A stretch of DNA of 64,000 nucleotides, from positions 6,785-70,784 of the forward strand of contig JAFQSU010000075.1 of NCBI GenBank assembly GCA_017409405.1. Reading direction: 5' to 3'. Positions 55,856-64,000 of this stretch are shown here, one piece after another. Each line of letters starts with the position of its first letter. The stretch's first letter is position 1. The translations under genes and the position numbers were made by a program. Source of the DNA: Oscillospiraceae bacterium. GTDB lineage: Bacteria > Bacillota > Clostridia > Oscillospirales > JAAYXM01. The notes under the pieces are model-generated. The model saw only the letters and a program-made list of their open reading frames with translations, ran no database searches and was not told the DNA's origin.

Positions 55856-56929
55856 CTAAGCGTTTTCTGAAGCTTTGAGCTTTTCTGCCTGATCTGCGGT
55901 GATAATTGCATCAATCATTTCGTCAAGGTCACCGTTGAGGAATTGCTCAAGCTTGTAAAGCGTCAGAGCTATACGGTGGTCGGTGACTCTGCCCTGAGGA
56001 TAGTTGTAAGTACGTATGCGCTCGCTTCTGTCACCCGTACCGACCTGACTTTTTCTCTCTGCCGCAATCTGTGATGCCTGCTCCTGCATCTGTATGTCAT
56101 AAAGCTTTGTACGGAGGATTTTGATGGCACGGTCTTTGTTCTTGTGCTGGCTTCTCTCGTCCTGACATTCGACAACGATACCCGTGGGTCTGTGGGTGAG
56201 TCGGATTGCGGACTCGGTTTTATTGACGTGCTGACCGCCTGCACCCGAAGCGCGGAAGGTATCAACGTCAACATCTGCCATATTAAGGTCGACCTCAACC
56301 TCTTCGGCCTCGGGAAGAACTGCCACCGTAACGGTAGAGGTATGGATACGACCTGAGGACTCTGTGTCAGGGACACGCTGAACTCGGTGAACACCGCTTT
56401 CGAATTTAAGACGTGAGTATGCACCGGCACCTTCTATAACAAAGCTGATTTCTTTGATACCGCCAAGCTCTGTTTCGTTGAGTGAAACAACGTCAATGCT
56501 CCATCTGCGAGATTCTGCGTACATGGAATACATGCGGTAGAGGGAGTGTGCAAAAAGAGCAGCCTCTTCGCCGCCTGCACCGCCGCGGATTTCAACGATA
56601 ACGTTTTTGTCATCGTTCGGGTCGGTCGGAAGTAAAAGTATTTTGAGCTCGTGCTCAAGCTCTGCAAGCTTATCCTTTGCCCCGGAAAATTCCTCCTGTG
56701 CCATTTCACGAAGCTCCGGCTCGAGCTTTCCGTCGAGCATTTCACGAAGGTCGGATATTTCCTGCTCGGTTGCACAGTACTGTCTGTAACATTCGATAAT
56801 GGGGGTGAGATCCTTTTGCTCCTTTGAAATTTTTGCGGCAAGAGCGGGATCGTTGTACAGATTGGGATCTGCAAGCTTTTCTTCTATTTCTTTAAATTTT
56901 TCTTCAAGGAATGCAAGTTTCTCTAACAT
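55856..56929 (-). CDS. prfA: Peptide chain release factor 1
   Basis: GGQ motif ([10 protein letters not shown]) and the RF1-type PxT recognition loop ([15 protein letters not shown]). Confidence 0.96.
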   Translation of the reverse strand: MLEKLAFLEEKFKEIEEKLADPNLYNDPALAAKISKEQKDLTPIIECYRQYCATEQEISDLREMLDGKLEPELREMAQEEFSGAKDKLAELEHELKILLLPTDPNDDKNVIVEIRGGAGGEEAALFAHSLYRMYSMYAESRRWSIDVVSLNETELGGIKEISFVIEGAGAYSRLKFESGVHRVQRVPDTESSGRIHTSTVTVAVLPEAEEVEVDLNMADVDVDTFRASGAGGQHVNKTESAIRLTHRPTGIVVECQDERSQHKNKDRAIKILRTKLYDIQMQEQASQIAAERKSQVGTGDRSERIRTYNYPQGRVTDHRIALTLYKLEQFLNGDLDEMIDAIITADQAEKLKASENA

Positions 56930-56986
56930 ATTTTACCTCTCGTATATAAAATTCTGTATCTCAGTATATCACATATAAACATAAAT

Positions 56987-58861
56987 TTAAATACTTTCCT
57001 CATACAGACCTTCCCATATGAGCATTTTTTCTTCAAGAGAAGCGTTTAATGCGGTATTTTCTTCATACAACTTTGACAAAGCCTCAAAGTCGCTTGCCGA
57101 AGCTTCGATTTCTTTTTCGATTTCGGAAATCCTCTCTTCAAGCTTTGATATTTCACGCTCAATATCACGAAGCTTTTTGTCGTTTATCTTCTTATTCGGA
57201 GCCTTTTTCTTTTCCTTCTTCTCGTGTGCGGTGACCGCCTGAACGGGAGCCTGTCTGCGCAGCTGCAGTTCCTGACGGTAAGCATCAAAGCTTCCGCGGT
57301 AATCAAAAATAACCCCGTCCCGAAGCTCCCATATTCTGTTTGCAAGCTTGTTTATGAAGAAGCGGTCGTGAGAAACGAACAGCAATGCTCCGTCAAAATC
57401 CTCGACAGCGCTCTCAATCCATTCGCGTGATGTGATGTCGAGATGGTTTGTCGGCTCGTCCAGCATGAGAAAGTTTATATCGGCGGACATAAGCTCGCAC
57501 AGCTTGAGTCGTGACCTCTCACCGCCGGAAAGTGTTTTTACGCAGTCAAACACCTCGTCGCCGAAAAACAGAAACGAAGCGAGTCTGTTGCGTGCCGTCT
57601 GGGTGGAGACGTTGAGGTCGTAGAGTACGGTGTCGAGAATTGACCTGTCCTCGTTTGCAAATTTTATGACCTGCGGAAGCATTGCGGATTTTATTGAAGG
57701 ATTGTACGTTACGCTTCCACTGTCGGGGGAAGCGTTTTTTGCTATGATGTCAAGAAGTGTTGTCTTGCCGCAGCCGTTGTCGCCGATAAGAGCTATCCTG
57801 TCTCCGTTTTCTATTGTAAGGCTAAGGTTATTAAAAAGAATTTTATCGTCATATGCCTTATCAATACCTGAAAGCTTGAGAACATTGTCACCATGGAAAT
57901 TCAGAGAATTGAACCGGTTGTGCATTGCGGAATGTATTTCCTTGGGCTTTTCTGTCTTTCTGATTCTTTCTATGCGTTTTTCGATGGCAAATGCACGCAC
58001 CTGAAGCTTTTTGTTTCCCATACCCCAGCCGTGCATGCGCTCGGCGGTAAATTCAAGCCGTTTTATCTCAGCCTGCTCTGCTTTGTATTTTTTTAGCTGT
58101 TCTTCATATCTTGCTTCACGTTCTTTTACATAGAAGCTGTAATTGCCGGGATAGAACTCGGCGTTTCCGTCTGACAGCTCAATAACGCGAGTTATACACT
58201 TGTCTATAAAATATCTGTCATGCGAGATTATAAAAACAGTGCCGCGGAAACGGGGAAGATATTCTTCGAGCCATTCCACCGCATCTATATCAAGATGGTT
58301 TGTAGGCTCATCAAGCAAGAGAATGTCGGGGTCCTGAAGCAGGGCGCATGCAATTAAAATGCGTGTCTTTTCACCGCCTGAAAGTGTGTCAAATATGCGC
58401 TCACGCATTTCTTCGGAGATGCCGAGTCCGTTGCAGGTTTTGCTTATCTCCGTCTCGATGTTATATCCGCCCATGTGCTCGAATTTAGCCGTGAGCTTGT
58501 CGTAACGGGAGAGTACATCCGCATCGGAGTATATTTCCATCGTCTTCTCAAGACTGCGAAGCTCTGCTGTAATTTCGTCAAACCGTGAAAACGCACTTGC
58601 AAGAACCTGATTTACCGTATACCCGAAAGGGTAGTCGGGTATCTGAGAAACGACCGCAATCCGTCTGTCGGAGGGAATGAGAACCTCACCGGAATCGTAG
58701 TCGAGCTGACCTGAAAGTATTTTGAAAAGTGTTGTTTTTCCGCTTCCGTTATCCCCGAGAAGCCCTACACGCTCTCCACGTTCAATGTTGAAAGTCAGAT
58801 CGCGGAGAACATGGTGCTCTCCGTAAAATTTATTCAGTTTTGAAACCGAAATATCAATCAT
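56987..58861 (-). CDS. ABC-F family ATPase (no TM domain) with a C-terminal coiled-coil extension
   Basis: Two ABC cassettes (GDNGSGKTT/LSGGEKTR and GDNGCGKTT/LSGGERSR), an inter-domain linker and a Lys/Glu-rich helical tail. Confidence 0.88.
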   Translation of the reverse strand: MIDISVSKLNKFYGEHHVLRDLTFNIERGERVGLLGDNGSGKTTLFKILSGQLDYDSGEVLIPSDRRIAVVSQIPDYPFGYTVNQVLASAFSRFDEITAELRSLEKTMEIYSDADVLSRYDKLTAKFEHMGGYNIETEISKTCNGLGISEEMRERIFDTLSGGEKTRILIACALLQDPDILLLDEPTNHLDIDAVEWLEEYLPRFRGTVFIISHDRYFIDKCITRVIELSDGNAEFYPGNYSFYVKEREARYEEQLKKYKAEQAEIKRLEFTAERMHGWGMGNKKLQVRAFAIEKRIERIRKTEKPKEIHSAMHNRFNSLNFHGDNVLKLSGIDKAYDDKILFNNLSLTIENGDRIALIGDNGCGKTTLLDIIAKNASPDSGSVTYNPSIKSAMLPQVIKFANEDRSILDTVLYDLNVSTQTARNRLASFLFFGDEVFDCVKTLSGGERSRLKLCELMSADINFLMLDEPTNHLDITSREWIESAVEDFDGALLFVSHDRFFINKLANRIWELRDGVIFDYRGSFDAYRQELQLRRQAPVQAVTAHEKKEKKKAPNKKINDKKLRDIEREISKLEERISEIEKEIEASASDFEALSKLYEENTALNASLEEKMLIWEGLYEESI

Positions 58862-59651
58862 TTGCAGATGCCTTTTCTCTCTTAATAAGTTTTGCCGAAA
58901 TAATTCCGTTGACGACGGCTACCATACCGCCTTCACAGAGCTTCGGAAGATTCTTTGTTTCATACTGATTCTGACTGACTGCGATGTCAAGCTCACCGAA
59001 TTGGGTGTTCAGCACAAGGTGGAGAAATTCTCCCACGGGTGTTTTGTCTGCAATCATAAAGCGGACATCGCCGGTAACTATTTCGGCGCAAACACGGGTC
59101 ATAAGGATATCTGTCGGGACTTCGTCCTCGGCACTCAGCATGCGCATGTACATTCCTACAGGTGCAAGCGCACCGAGTGCGGTGGTGTCATCGGAAAGGG
59201 TCTTGCGCATTTCAAGCTCGTTTTCAAAAAACGCAATAGAATGGGGAATCATTGAAACCTGAAAATCATACTCTGCATTTGCGGTAAAGTCGGATATTGC
59301 ATATGCGCCCATAACTCTGGCACAGAGGCTTTGCTCACTGTCGGGCTTTTTGAGTAGTGCCTTGAAGTCGAGCATATCGTCGCGCTCTGCCGAGAACTCG
59401 CGCGAAAGCTCAAGTCTCCATACCGTGGAACCGTTGAAGTGAGGGTCGATGTTTAAAAGGGACACACTCTTGGTTTCGTGGTCAAGAGCCAGCCTTTCCC
59501 AGATTTCAGCACCGCTTCGGTCACTCCAGCAGGCGTATGCACCGTTCTCTGTCGGCAGAATACTGCCTGAGTTCAAAACGAAATCGGCAAGGCGGTATGC
59601 GCCATCCTCGTCCTCTATATTAAAACCGATGTTTTCAAACACAGTCGCCAT
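58854..59651 (-). CDS. Hypothetical protein (265 aa), translationally coupled to the ABC-F gene
   Basis: Its stop overlaps the ABC-F start by 8 nt (AATGATTGA). Acidic, soluble, no recognisable motif. Confidence 0.55.
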   Translation of the reverse strand: MATVFENIGFNIEDEDGAYRLADFVLNSGSILPTENGAYACWSDRSGAEIWERLALDHETKSVSLLNIDPHFNGSTVWRLELSREFSAERDDMLDFKALLKKPDSEQSLCARVMGAYAISDFTANAEYDFQVSMIPHSIAFFENELEMRKTLSDDTTALGALAPVGMYMRMLSAEDEVPTDILMTRVCAEIVTGDVRFMIADKTPVGEFLHLVLNTQFGELDIAVSQNQYETKNLPKLCEGGMVAVVNGIISAKLIKREKASAND

Positions 59652-59719
59652 GTCAGATATCCTCCATGATATTATTATAAAGGATATTTTAACATATACG
59701 GCGATAAATTTCCAGTATT

Positions 59720-60292
59720 TTATACGGAAGTGAATCCGAAATAGTTCAGAAGTCCGCGATATATTGCATCAGCAAATGCGTATTGGTCATCCTCTAATTT
59801 CTCTGCATCCGCGGCATTTGTGATATACGCAAGCTCTAAAAGTACGGCGGGCATTGCCGTGCGGCGCAGAACATAAAGAGACGGTCTTACAAAAACACCG
59901 TTATTTTTCGTGTCAAGTCTTTCTGTTATTGAAGTCAGAAGTGACTCGGCGAGCCACTGAGCCTGACCGCCGGCACCGTATATGTACATTTCTGTACCGT
60001 TGACATTCGGGTTGGTGTTTGCGTTTACATGGATGCTCAGAAAATAATCGGCAGGCCAGGAGTTCGCGGCATTTACGCGTGCGGCAAGACTTGTAGCATT
60101 CGTGGTTCCGAGAACCGTTTCGGGGGTGGGACGTGAAACTCTTGCTTCAAAGCGTGGGTCACGGTCCAGTATATCACGAAGATATATTCCGACATTGTAG
60201 GTTATATCCTGCTCCCTGAGTCCGAACCCCTCGGCTCCGGCATTTACACCCTCAGGATTGTGACCCTGGTCAATAAAAATTTTAATCGCCAT
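59720..60292 (-). CDS. N-acetylmuramoyl-L-alanine amidase (Amidase_3 family)
   Basis: IFIDQGHN, SIHVNA and LLELAYITN segments match the MurNAc-LAA fold motifs. No signal peptide. Confidence 0.75.
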   Translation of the reverse strand: MAIKIFIDQGHNPEGVNAGAEGFGLREQDITYNVGIYLRDILDRDPRFEARVSRPTPETVLGTTNATSLAARVNAANSWPADYFLSIHVNANTNPNVNGTEMYIYGAGGQAQWLAESLLTSITERLDTKNNGVFVRPSLYVLRRTAMPAVLLELAYITNAADAEKLEDDQYAFADAIYRGLLNYFGFTSV

Positions 60293-60494
60293 GACAGTCC
60301 CTCCATTTTATTCTTTACTGCACTATACGAAAAGTTTTCTCAAATGTTTACTTGTTGATAAGTAATTCGGACATGTCTGCAAAACGGAAGCTTTGGCGAT
60401 TCATAAGAAATAGTGTAAATAATTCAAGAAAAAATGTAAATACACGCAAAGAGAAAAGATATATACTTTATACAGTATAAAAGGAGGTTTTTAT

Positions 60495-61442
60495 ATGAAA
60501 AAAATAGGTCTTGTAAACATCGACACCTCGCACCCGTTTTCATGGGCGCAGAAGATGGAAGCAGCTCCGGAGCTTGACATGCAGTATGCTATGTTGTTTT
60601 CTGACGGCTTCCGCGGTGACGATGAGGTCAACTGGTTTATAAACAAATACAACATGATGGGCCGTGCAGCTACAATAGATGAGCTTGCCGAAAAGTGCGA
60701 CATCGGCTTTGTTCAGTCATGTAACTGGGAAAAGCATGTTGATCAGGCAATGCCGTTTATAAAGCTTCGAAAGCCCGTTCTTCTTGATAAGCCGCTTGTC
60801 GGCAGCGTGAAGGATATCGCAAGAATCCGTGAGCTTGTTGCAAACGGTGCAAATATCATAGGCTCTTCTTCTGCAAGATATGCGGCAGAGATTCAGGACT
60901 TCCTTGCAACTCCTGTTGAAGAGCGCGGTGAAGTTGTTTCGGTTTACGGCGAAAGCGGAGTTGATGAATTCAACTACGGCGTTCACGTTGGTGAAATTCT
61001 TTCCGAAATCGCAGGTGCTCCTGCTGTTTCATGTCAGTTCACCGGCACAGCAGAGCGTGACGGTGCAAAGTGTGAGATTTACACGGTTCGCTTTGAAAAC
61101 GGTGTAATCGGTACATACTGCACATATCTCTCAGGCTGGCGTCCGTTCAATGTTTCAATCATGACAACAAAGTCTTCCACTTGCTTCAAGATTGATTCAT
61201 CAAAGATTTATATGGCACTTCTTACTCGTGTTTCGGAAATGCTCAAGACCGGCGAGCGTAAGACTGCCGATATTGAGAGAATTCTCAATGTTTCTGAGTT
61301 TATGCTCTGCGGCAAGCGCAGCCGTGATTTTGAAAACGGCAAAGAAGTAAAAATAAGTGAGCTTCATGCAGACGATGCTTTTGACGGATACGCTTTTGAA
61401 AAGGCATACGGCGCAGCATCAGCTGTTATGTATAAAGACTAA
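60495..61442 (+). CDS. Gfo/Idh/MocA-like oxidoreductase-fold protein with an atypical N-terminal motif
   Basis: KIGLVNIDTSHP replaces the GxGxxG motif. LLDKP resembles the family EKP motif. RBS AAGGAGG upstream. Confidence 0.5.
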   Translation: MKKIGLVNIDTSHPFSWAQKMEAAPELDMQYAMLFSDGFRGDDEVNWFINKYNMMGRAATIDELAEKCDIGFVQSCNWEKHVDQAMPFIKLRKPVLLDKPLVGSVKDIARIRELVANGANIIGSSSARYAAEIQDFLATPVEERGEVVSVYGESGVDEFNYGVHVGEILSEIAGAPAVSCQFTGTAERDGAKCEIYTVRFENGVIGTYCTYLSGWRPFNVSIMTTKSSTCFKIDSSKIYMALLTRVSEMLKTGERKTADIERILNVSEFMLCGKRSRDFENGKEVKISELHADDAFDGYAFEKAYGAASAVMYKD

Positions 61443-61461
61443 TTTACAGGAGGAAAACAAA

Positions 61462-62460
61462 ATGAAAATATCACTTTTTGTAACAAAGCGCCTCGTAGAC
61501 GGAATCTTCGGGGAAAAGTATTTCGCAAGACTTCGCAAGTACGGTGACCTTGCAATTTACGACCGCGACGATTTCGAAGACCGTGCATACGCTCTCGATT
61601 TCGTAAAGGGCTCAGACATCATCATTACATCATGGGGCACTCCGGTAATCGACAAGGAAATCATTGAACTCTGCCCGGACCTCAAGGGTGTTTTCCACGC
61701 AGCAGGAACAATAAAGCCGATTATGTCCGATGAGCTTCTTGCACGCCGTGACATCCGCCTCACAGCTTCTGCTATTGCTATCGGCGAAGGTGTTGCAGAA
61801 TCCGCTCTTGCTTTTGCAATTTCCGCATGTAAGGGTGCTTTCACAATGCCGCGCTACACAAGAGCAGGTGAGTGGAATGCTCATAACGCAGACGAGGTTA
61901 TTGACTTCTATGACATCAAGGTCGGTATCATCAGCGCAGGTTTTGTCGGCCGTCATATGATTAAGCTTCTTCATAACTTCCATGTTGATGTTCTCGTATA
62001 CGATCCGACTCTTACTAAAGAGCAGATTGCAGAGCTTGGTGCAGAAAAGCGCGAGCTCAATGAGCTTCTTGCTGAGAGTGACGTTATCTCTATTCACTCT
62101 CCTGACATTCCGCAGACACGCCACATCATCAACAAGGACAACATCGGTCTTCTCAAGGATCGCGTAGTTATCGTAAATACAGCACGCGGAACAATATTTG
62201 ACGAACCGTATCTCATTGAACGTCTCAAGGAGAAGAAGGGCATGTTTGCATGCATCGACATCACAGAGGTTGAGCCGCCTGCAGCAGACAACGAGCTTCG
62301 CACACTTCCGAACGTCAACCTCACTCCGCATCTTGCAGGTACTGCAAACAACGGCCGTCGCCGTATCGCTCTCCATATCTGTGAAGAAACAGACCGCTTC
62401 TTTGCAGGTGAGAAGATGAGAACTGAAGTAGACCGTGATATGCTCTCCAAGATGGCATAA
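61462..62460 (+). CDS. D-isomer-specific 2-hydroxyacid dehydrogenase family protein
   Basis: Start at ATG 61462 after AGGAGG (ORF-track 61357 overlaps the previous gene). VGIISAGFVGRH NAD motif, VNTARG and LTPHLAG. Confidence 0.8.
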   Translation: MKISLFVTKRLVDGIFGEKYFARLRKYGDLAIYDRDDFEDRAYALDFVKGSDIIITSWGTPVIDKEIIELCPDLKGVFHAAGTIKPIMSDELLARRDIRLTASAIAIGEGVAESALAFAISACKGAFTMPRYTRAGEWNAHNADEVIDFYDIKVGIISAGFVGRHMIKLLHNFHVDVLVYDPTLTKEQIAELGAEKRELNELLAESDVISIHSPDIPQTRHIINKDNIGLLKDRVVIVNTARGTIFDEPYLIERLKEKKGMFACIDITEVEPPAADNELRTLPNVNLTPHLAGTANNGRRRIALHICEETDRFFAGEKMRTEVDRDMLSKMA

Positions 62461-62504
62461 TTACATATGCAAATCCTTTTTGGCGTAATTTTGTAAAGCA
62501 TAGT

Positions 62505-62545
62505 GTCATGCCTTGATACTTTAATCAGGGCATGACGCTTTTGTT
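62505..62545 (+). terminator. Rho-independent terminator
   Basis: GTCATGCCTTGAT / ATCAGGGCATGAC is a 13-bp stem with one G-U pair, followed by GCTTTTGTTG. Confidence 0.7.
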
Positions 62546-62616
62546 GAAAAAAGAAGATTTCTGTGATATACTGAAACAAAATCGTTGTTTTATTTTTGCA
62601 GAAGGAGGAAAGACCT

Positions 62617-63513
62617 GTGGATGACGTGCTCCGGAATTTGAAGGTATATACACTTATTCGCACCACATACACTCTTGATGTAAAAAGAAAATCTGAGAAT
62701 ATAATATATCACTGGCATGATTATTATCAGTTCGTATACACAAAAAGGGGAAGCGGTGAGGTTATCATTGCCGACGAGGTGTTTCCTGTTTCTGAAAATG
62801 ATGTAATCATAGTAAAACGAAATGAGCCGCACACTTTTGCGACATACGGGGATAAGCTTGAAACTTATGAAGTAAAGTTTATTATTCTTGATGATAAAGC
62901 AGACTTTTTAAAGGATGCTCCGAGATACTTCTGTCACGATACTGACGGCAGTATAAAGCGTGCGCTAAAACAGATTGAAAGCGAGTCTGAGACTTTCGAT
63001 GAGTTCAGCCGTGAGGTTATTTCAACTGAAATGTATAAGATTTTTCTTCTTATACAGCGCGAAATGAGCCGTAAGCGAGAAATAGCAGACATTGCCCGTA
63101 ATCATCATGATGATGAGGAAGTGAGCGACGAGCTTCTTGACAAAGTTCGCGCGTATATAGACGAGAACATAGATAAGAACATAACTGTAAAAGATGTTTC
63201 TGATTTTGTCTGCGTCGAGTATAAATATTTCAGTCATCACTTTGCTTTGCGCTACGGAATGCGCCTGAAGCAATATATACGCAGAAAACGGATAGAGCTT
63301 GCAAAAGAGCTTATAGCGAATACGGATATGAACATGACGGCTGTTGCGGAAAGGTGCGGCTTCGGCACCATTCACTATATGACCAGAGTGTTTAAAAACG
63401 AAGAGAATTTGTCTCCGACCGAGTTCCGCCGCCGCTTTAAAAACGTGCATGCCGTTATGCTTGATGCGGCACCGGCTTCTTTTTATGACAGTAATAATAC
63501 AGAAGAAAATTGA
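62617..63513 (+). CDS. AraC-family transcriptional regulator
   Basis: Likely GTG start at 62617, 8 nt after GAAGGAGG (the ORF-track TTG 62596 would include the RBS). C-terminal HTH pair (VKDVSDFVCVEYKYFSHHF ... MTAVAERCGFGTIHYMTRVFK). Confidence 0.8.
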   Translation: MDDVLRNLKVYTLIRTTYTLDVKRKSENIIYHWHDYYQFVYTKRGSGEVIIADEVFPVSENDVIIVKRNEPHTFATYGDKLETYEVKFIILDDKADFLKDAPRYFCHDTDGSIKRALKQIESESETFDEFSREVISTEMYKIFLLIQREMSRKREIADIARNHHDDEEVSDELLDKVRAYIDENIDKNITVKDVSDFVCVEYKYFSHHFALRYGMRLKQYIRRKRIELAKELIANTDMNMTAVAERCGFGTIHYMTRVFKNEENLSPTEFRRRFKNVHAVMLDAAPASFYDSNNTEEN

Positions 63514-63532
63514 TATTTGGAGGTTTGTTTGT

Positions 63533-64000
63533 ATGATTAACGTAACAAAAACCGCTTGTAACTTTGTACGTGAACCGCTTCTCGCTCCGTTCGGGTTTAA
63601 GGGCGGTCATCTTGATGAACTCTGGCAGATAGTCGTCCGTATTGACGATGGCGATGACTTTGGTGTAGGCGTCGGCGTTCAGAGCGTTCTGTGGTCAGAT
63701 GCCGAGATTTTTGCAACACATACACAGTGCGGCGGAAATATGCTTATGTTCCTTATTACCGAGTTTGCGCTCTCTAAGCTTTCGGGCAGAAGCTTTGAAA
63801 CTCCGCTTGATGCGCTTGATTTTGTCCGTGAGGATGCTATTGCATATGCAAAGCGCATAACAGGGAAGCACGACCTTCGCGAGACGTTTATCATGAACGC
63901 TCTTGTTGCAGTTGACAATGCAATGTGGCAGCTTTATGCAAAGAAGCAGAAGAGCGAGGATTTCGTCTCGCTTGTTCCCGAGCAGTACCGTCCGGCACTT
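63533..64000 (+). CDS. Enolase-superfamily (mandelate racemase / muconate lactonising enzyme-like) protein, 5' portion; runs off the window
   Basis: Not in the ORF track because no stop is reached. My translation from ATG 63533 (RBS GGAGG) gives MINVTKTACNFVREPLLAPFGFKGG...NALVAVDNAMWQLYAK, resembling the capping-domain N-terminus of this superfamily. Confidence 0.5.
   Translation, partial: MINVTKTACNFVREPLLAPFGFKGGHLDELWQIVVRIDDGDDFGVGVGVQSVLWSDAEIFATHTQCGGNMLMFLITEFALSKLSGRSFETPLDALDFVREDAIAYAKRITGKHDLRETFIMNALVAVDNAMWQLYAKKQKSEDFVSLVPEQYRPAL

Noticed and set aside
61630-62376. 248-aa ORF on the minus strand
   Set aside because: It is antisense to the 2-hydroxyacid dehydrogenase gene, Cys/Val/Asn-rich and without motifs or an RBS. 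Shadow ORF.
1-64000. Scan for mobile elements, prophage, toxin-antitoxin pairs, restriction-modification, CRISPR-Cas or other defence systems
   Set aside because: I found no transposase, integrase, recombinase, nuclease/methylase, Cas-like or small paired-ORF signatures in any of the ORFs. The accessory character of the window is carbohydrate-related instead.

Overview
This looks like a chromosomal segment from a Gram-positive, Clostridia-like anaerobe. The taxon is an inference from an SLH cell-wall anchor, a split short-chain ChrA pair, a long-form HPF and many AraC regulators. I saw no rRNA, tRNA, CRISPR array, transposase, integrase or recognisable defence gene. The window falls into five blocks. 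(1) 1-19.4 kb is one co-directional, tightly packed, visibly AT-rich Wzx/Wzy-type surface-polysaccharide operon of at least 17 genes, ending in a strong terminator. It encodes a flippase, an initiating phosphoglycosyl transferase, a Wzy-like polymerase, GT2/GT4/GT32 transferases, a GtrB/GtrII-like pair, a YdjC-type deacetylase and an O-acyltransferase. No CpsC/CpsD-type tyrosine kinase module is visible. Instead there are two PCP/Wzz-like proteins, one fused to a degenerate GGDEF domain, plus an operon-internal EAL phosphodiesterase. (2) 19.6-34.9 kb is an AraC-headed glycan-utilisation locus. It encodes a cytoplasmic GH127 and a Gfo/Idh/MocA oxidoreductase. These are followed by an 864-aa secreted protein and a 2396-aa SLH-anchored protein with a heparinase II/III-like core. 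The two large proteins share five copies of an unassigned ~174-aa CBM-like module. An orphan lipoprotein solute-binding protein closes the locus. (3) 35.1-40.4 kb holds small AraC-associated modules: tandem amidohydrolases and a metallophosphoesterase. (4) 40.4-60.3 kb is minus-strand housekeeping: azlCD, uvrBA, an FAD protein, chrA x2, hpf, a fumarate/tartrate hydro-lyase alpha subunit, trxB, an M18 aminopeptidase, coaE, tsaC, prfA, an ABC-F ATPase and a cell-wall amidase. (5) 60.5-64.0 kb is a dehydrogenase/AraC/enolase-superfamily module that runs off the window. The two best candidates for undescribed biology are the PCP-GGDEF/EAL control module inside the Wzy-dependent locus and the repeated new module on the giant SLH-anchored lyase-like protein and its secreted paralogue. 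All family calls come from motifs read by eye; no database search was run.
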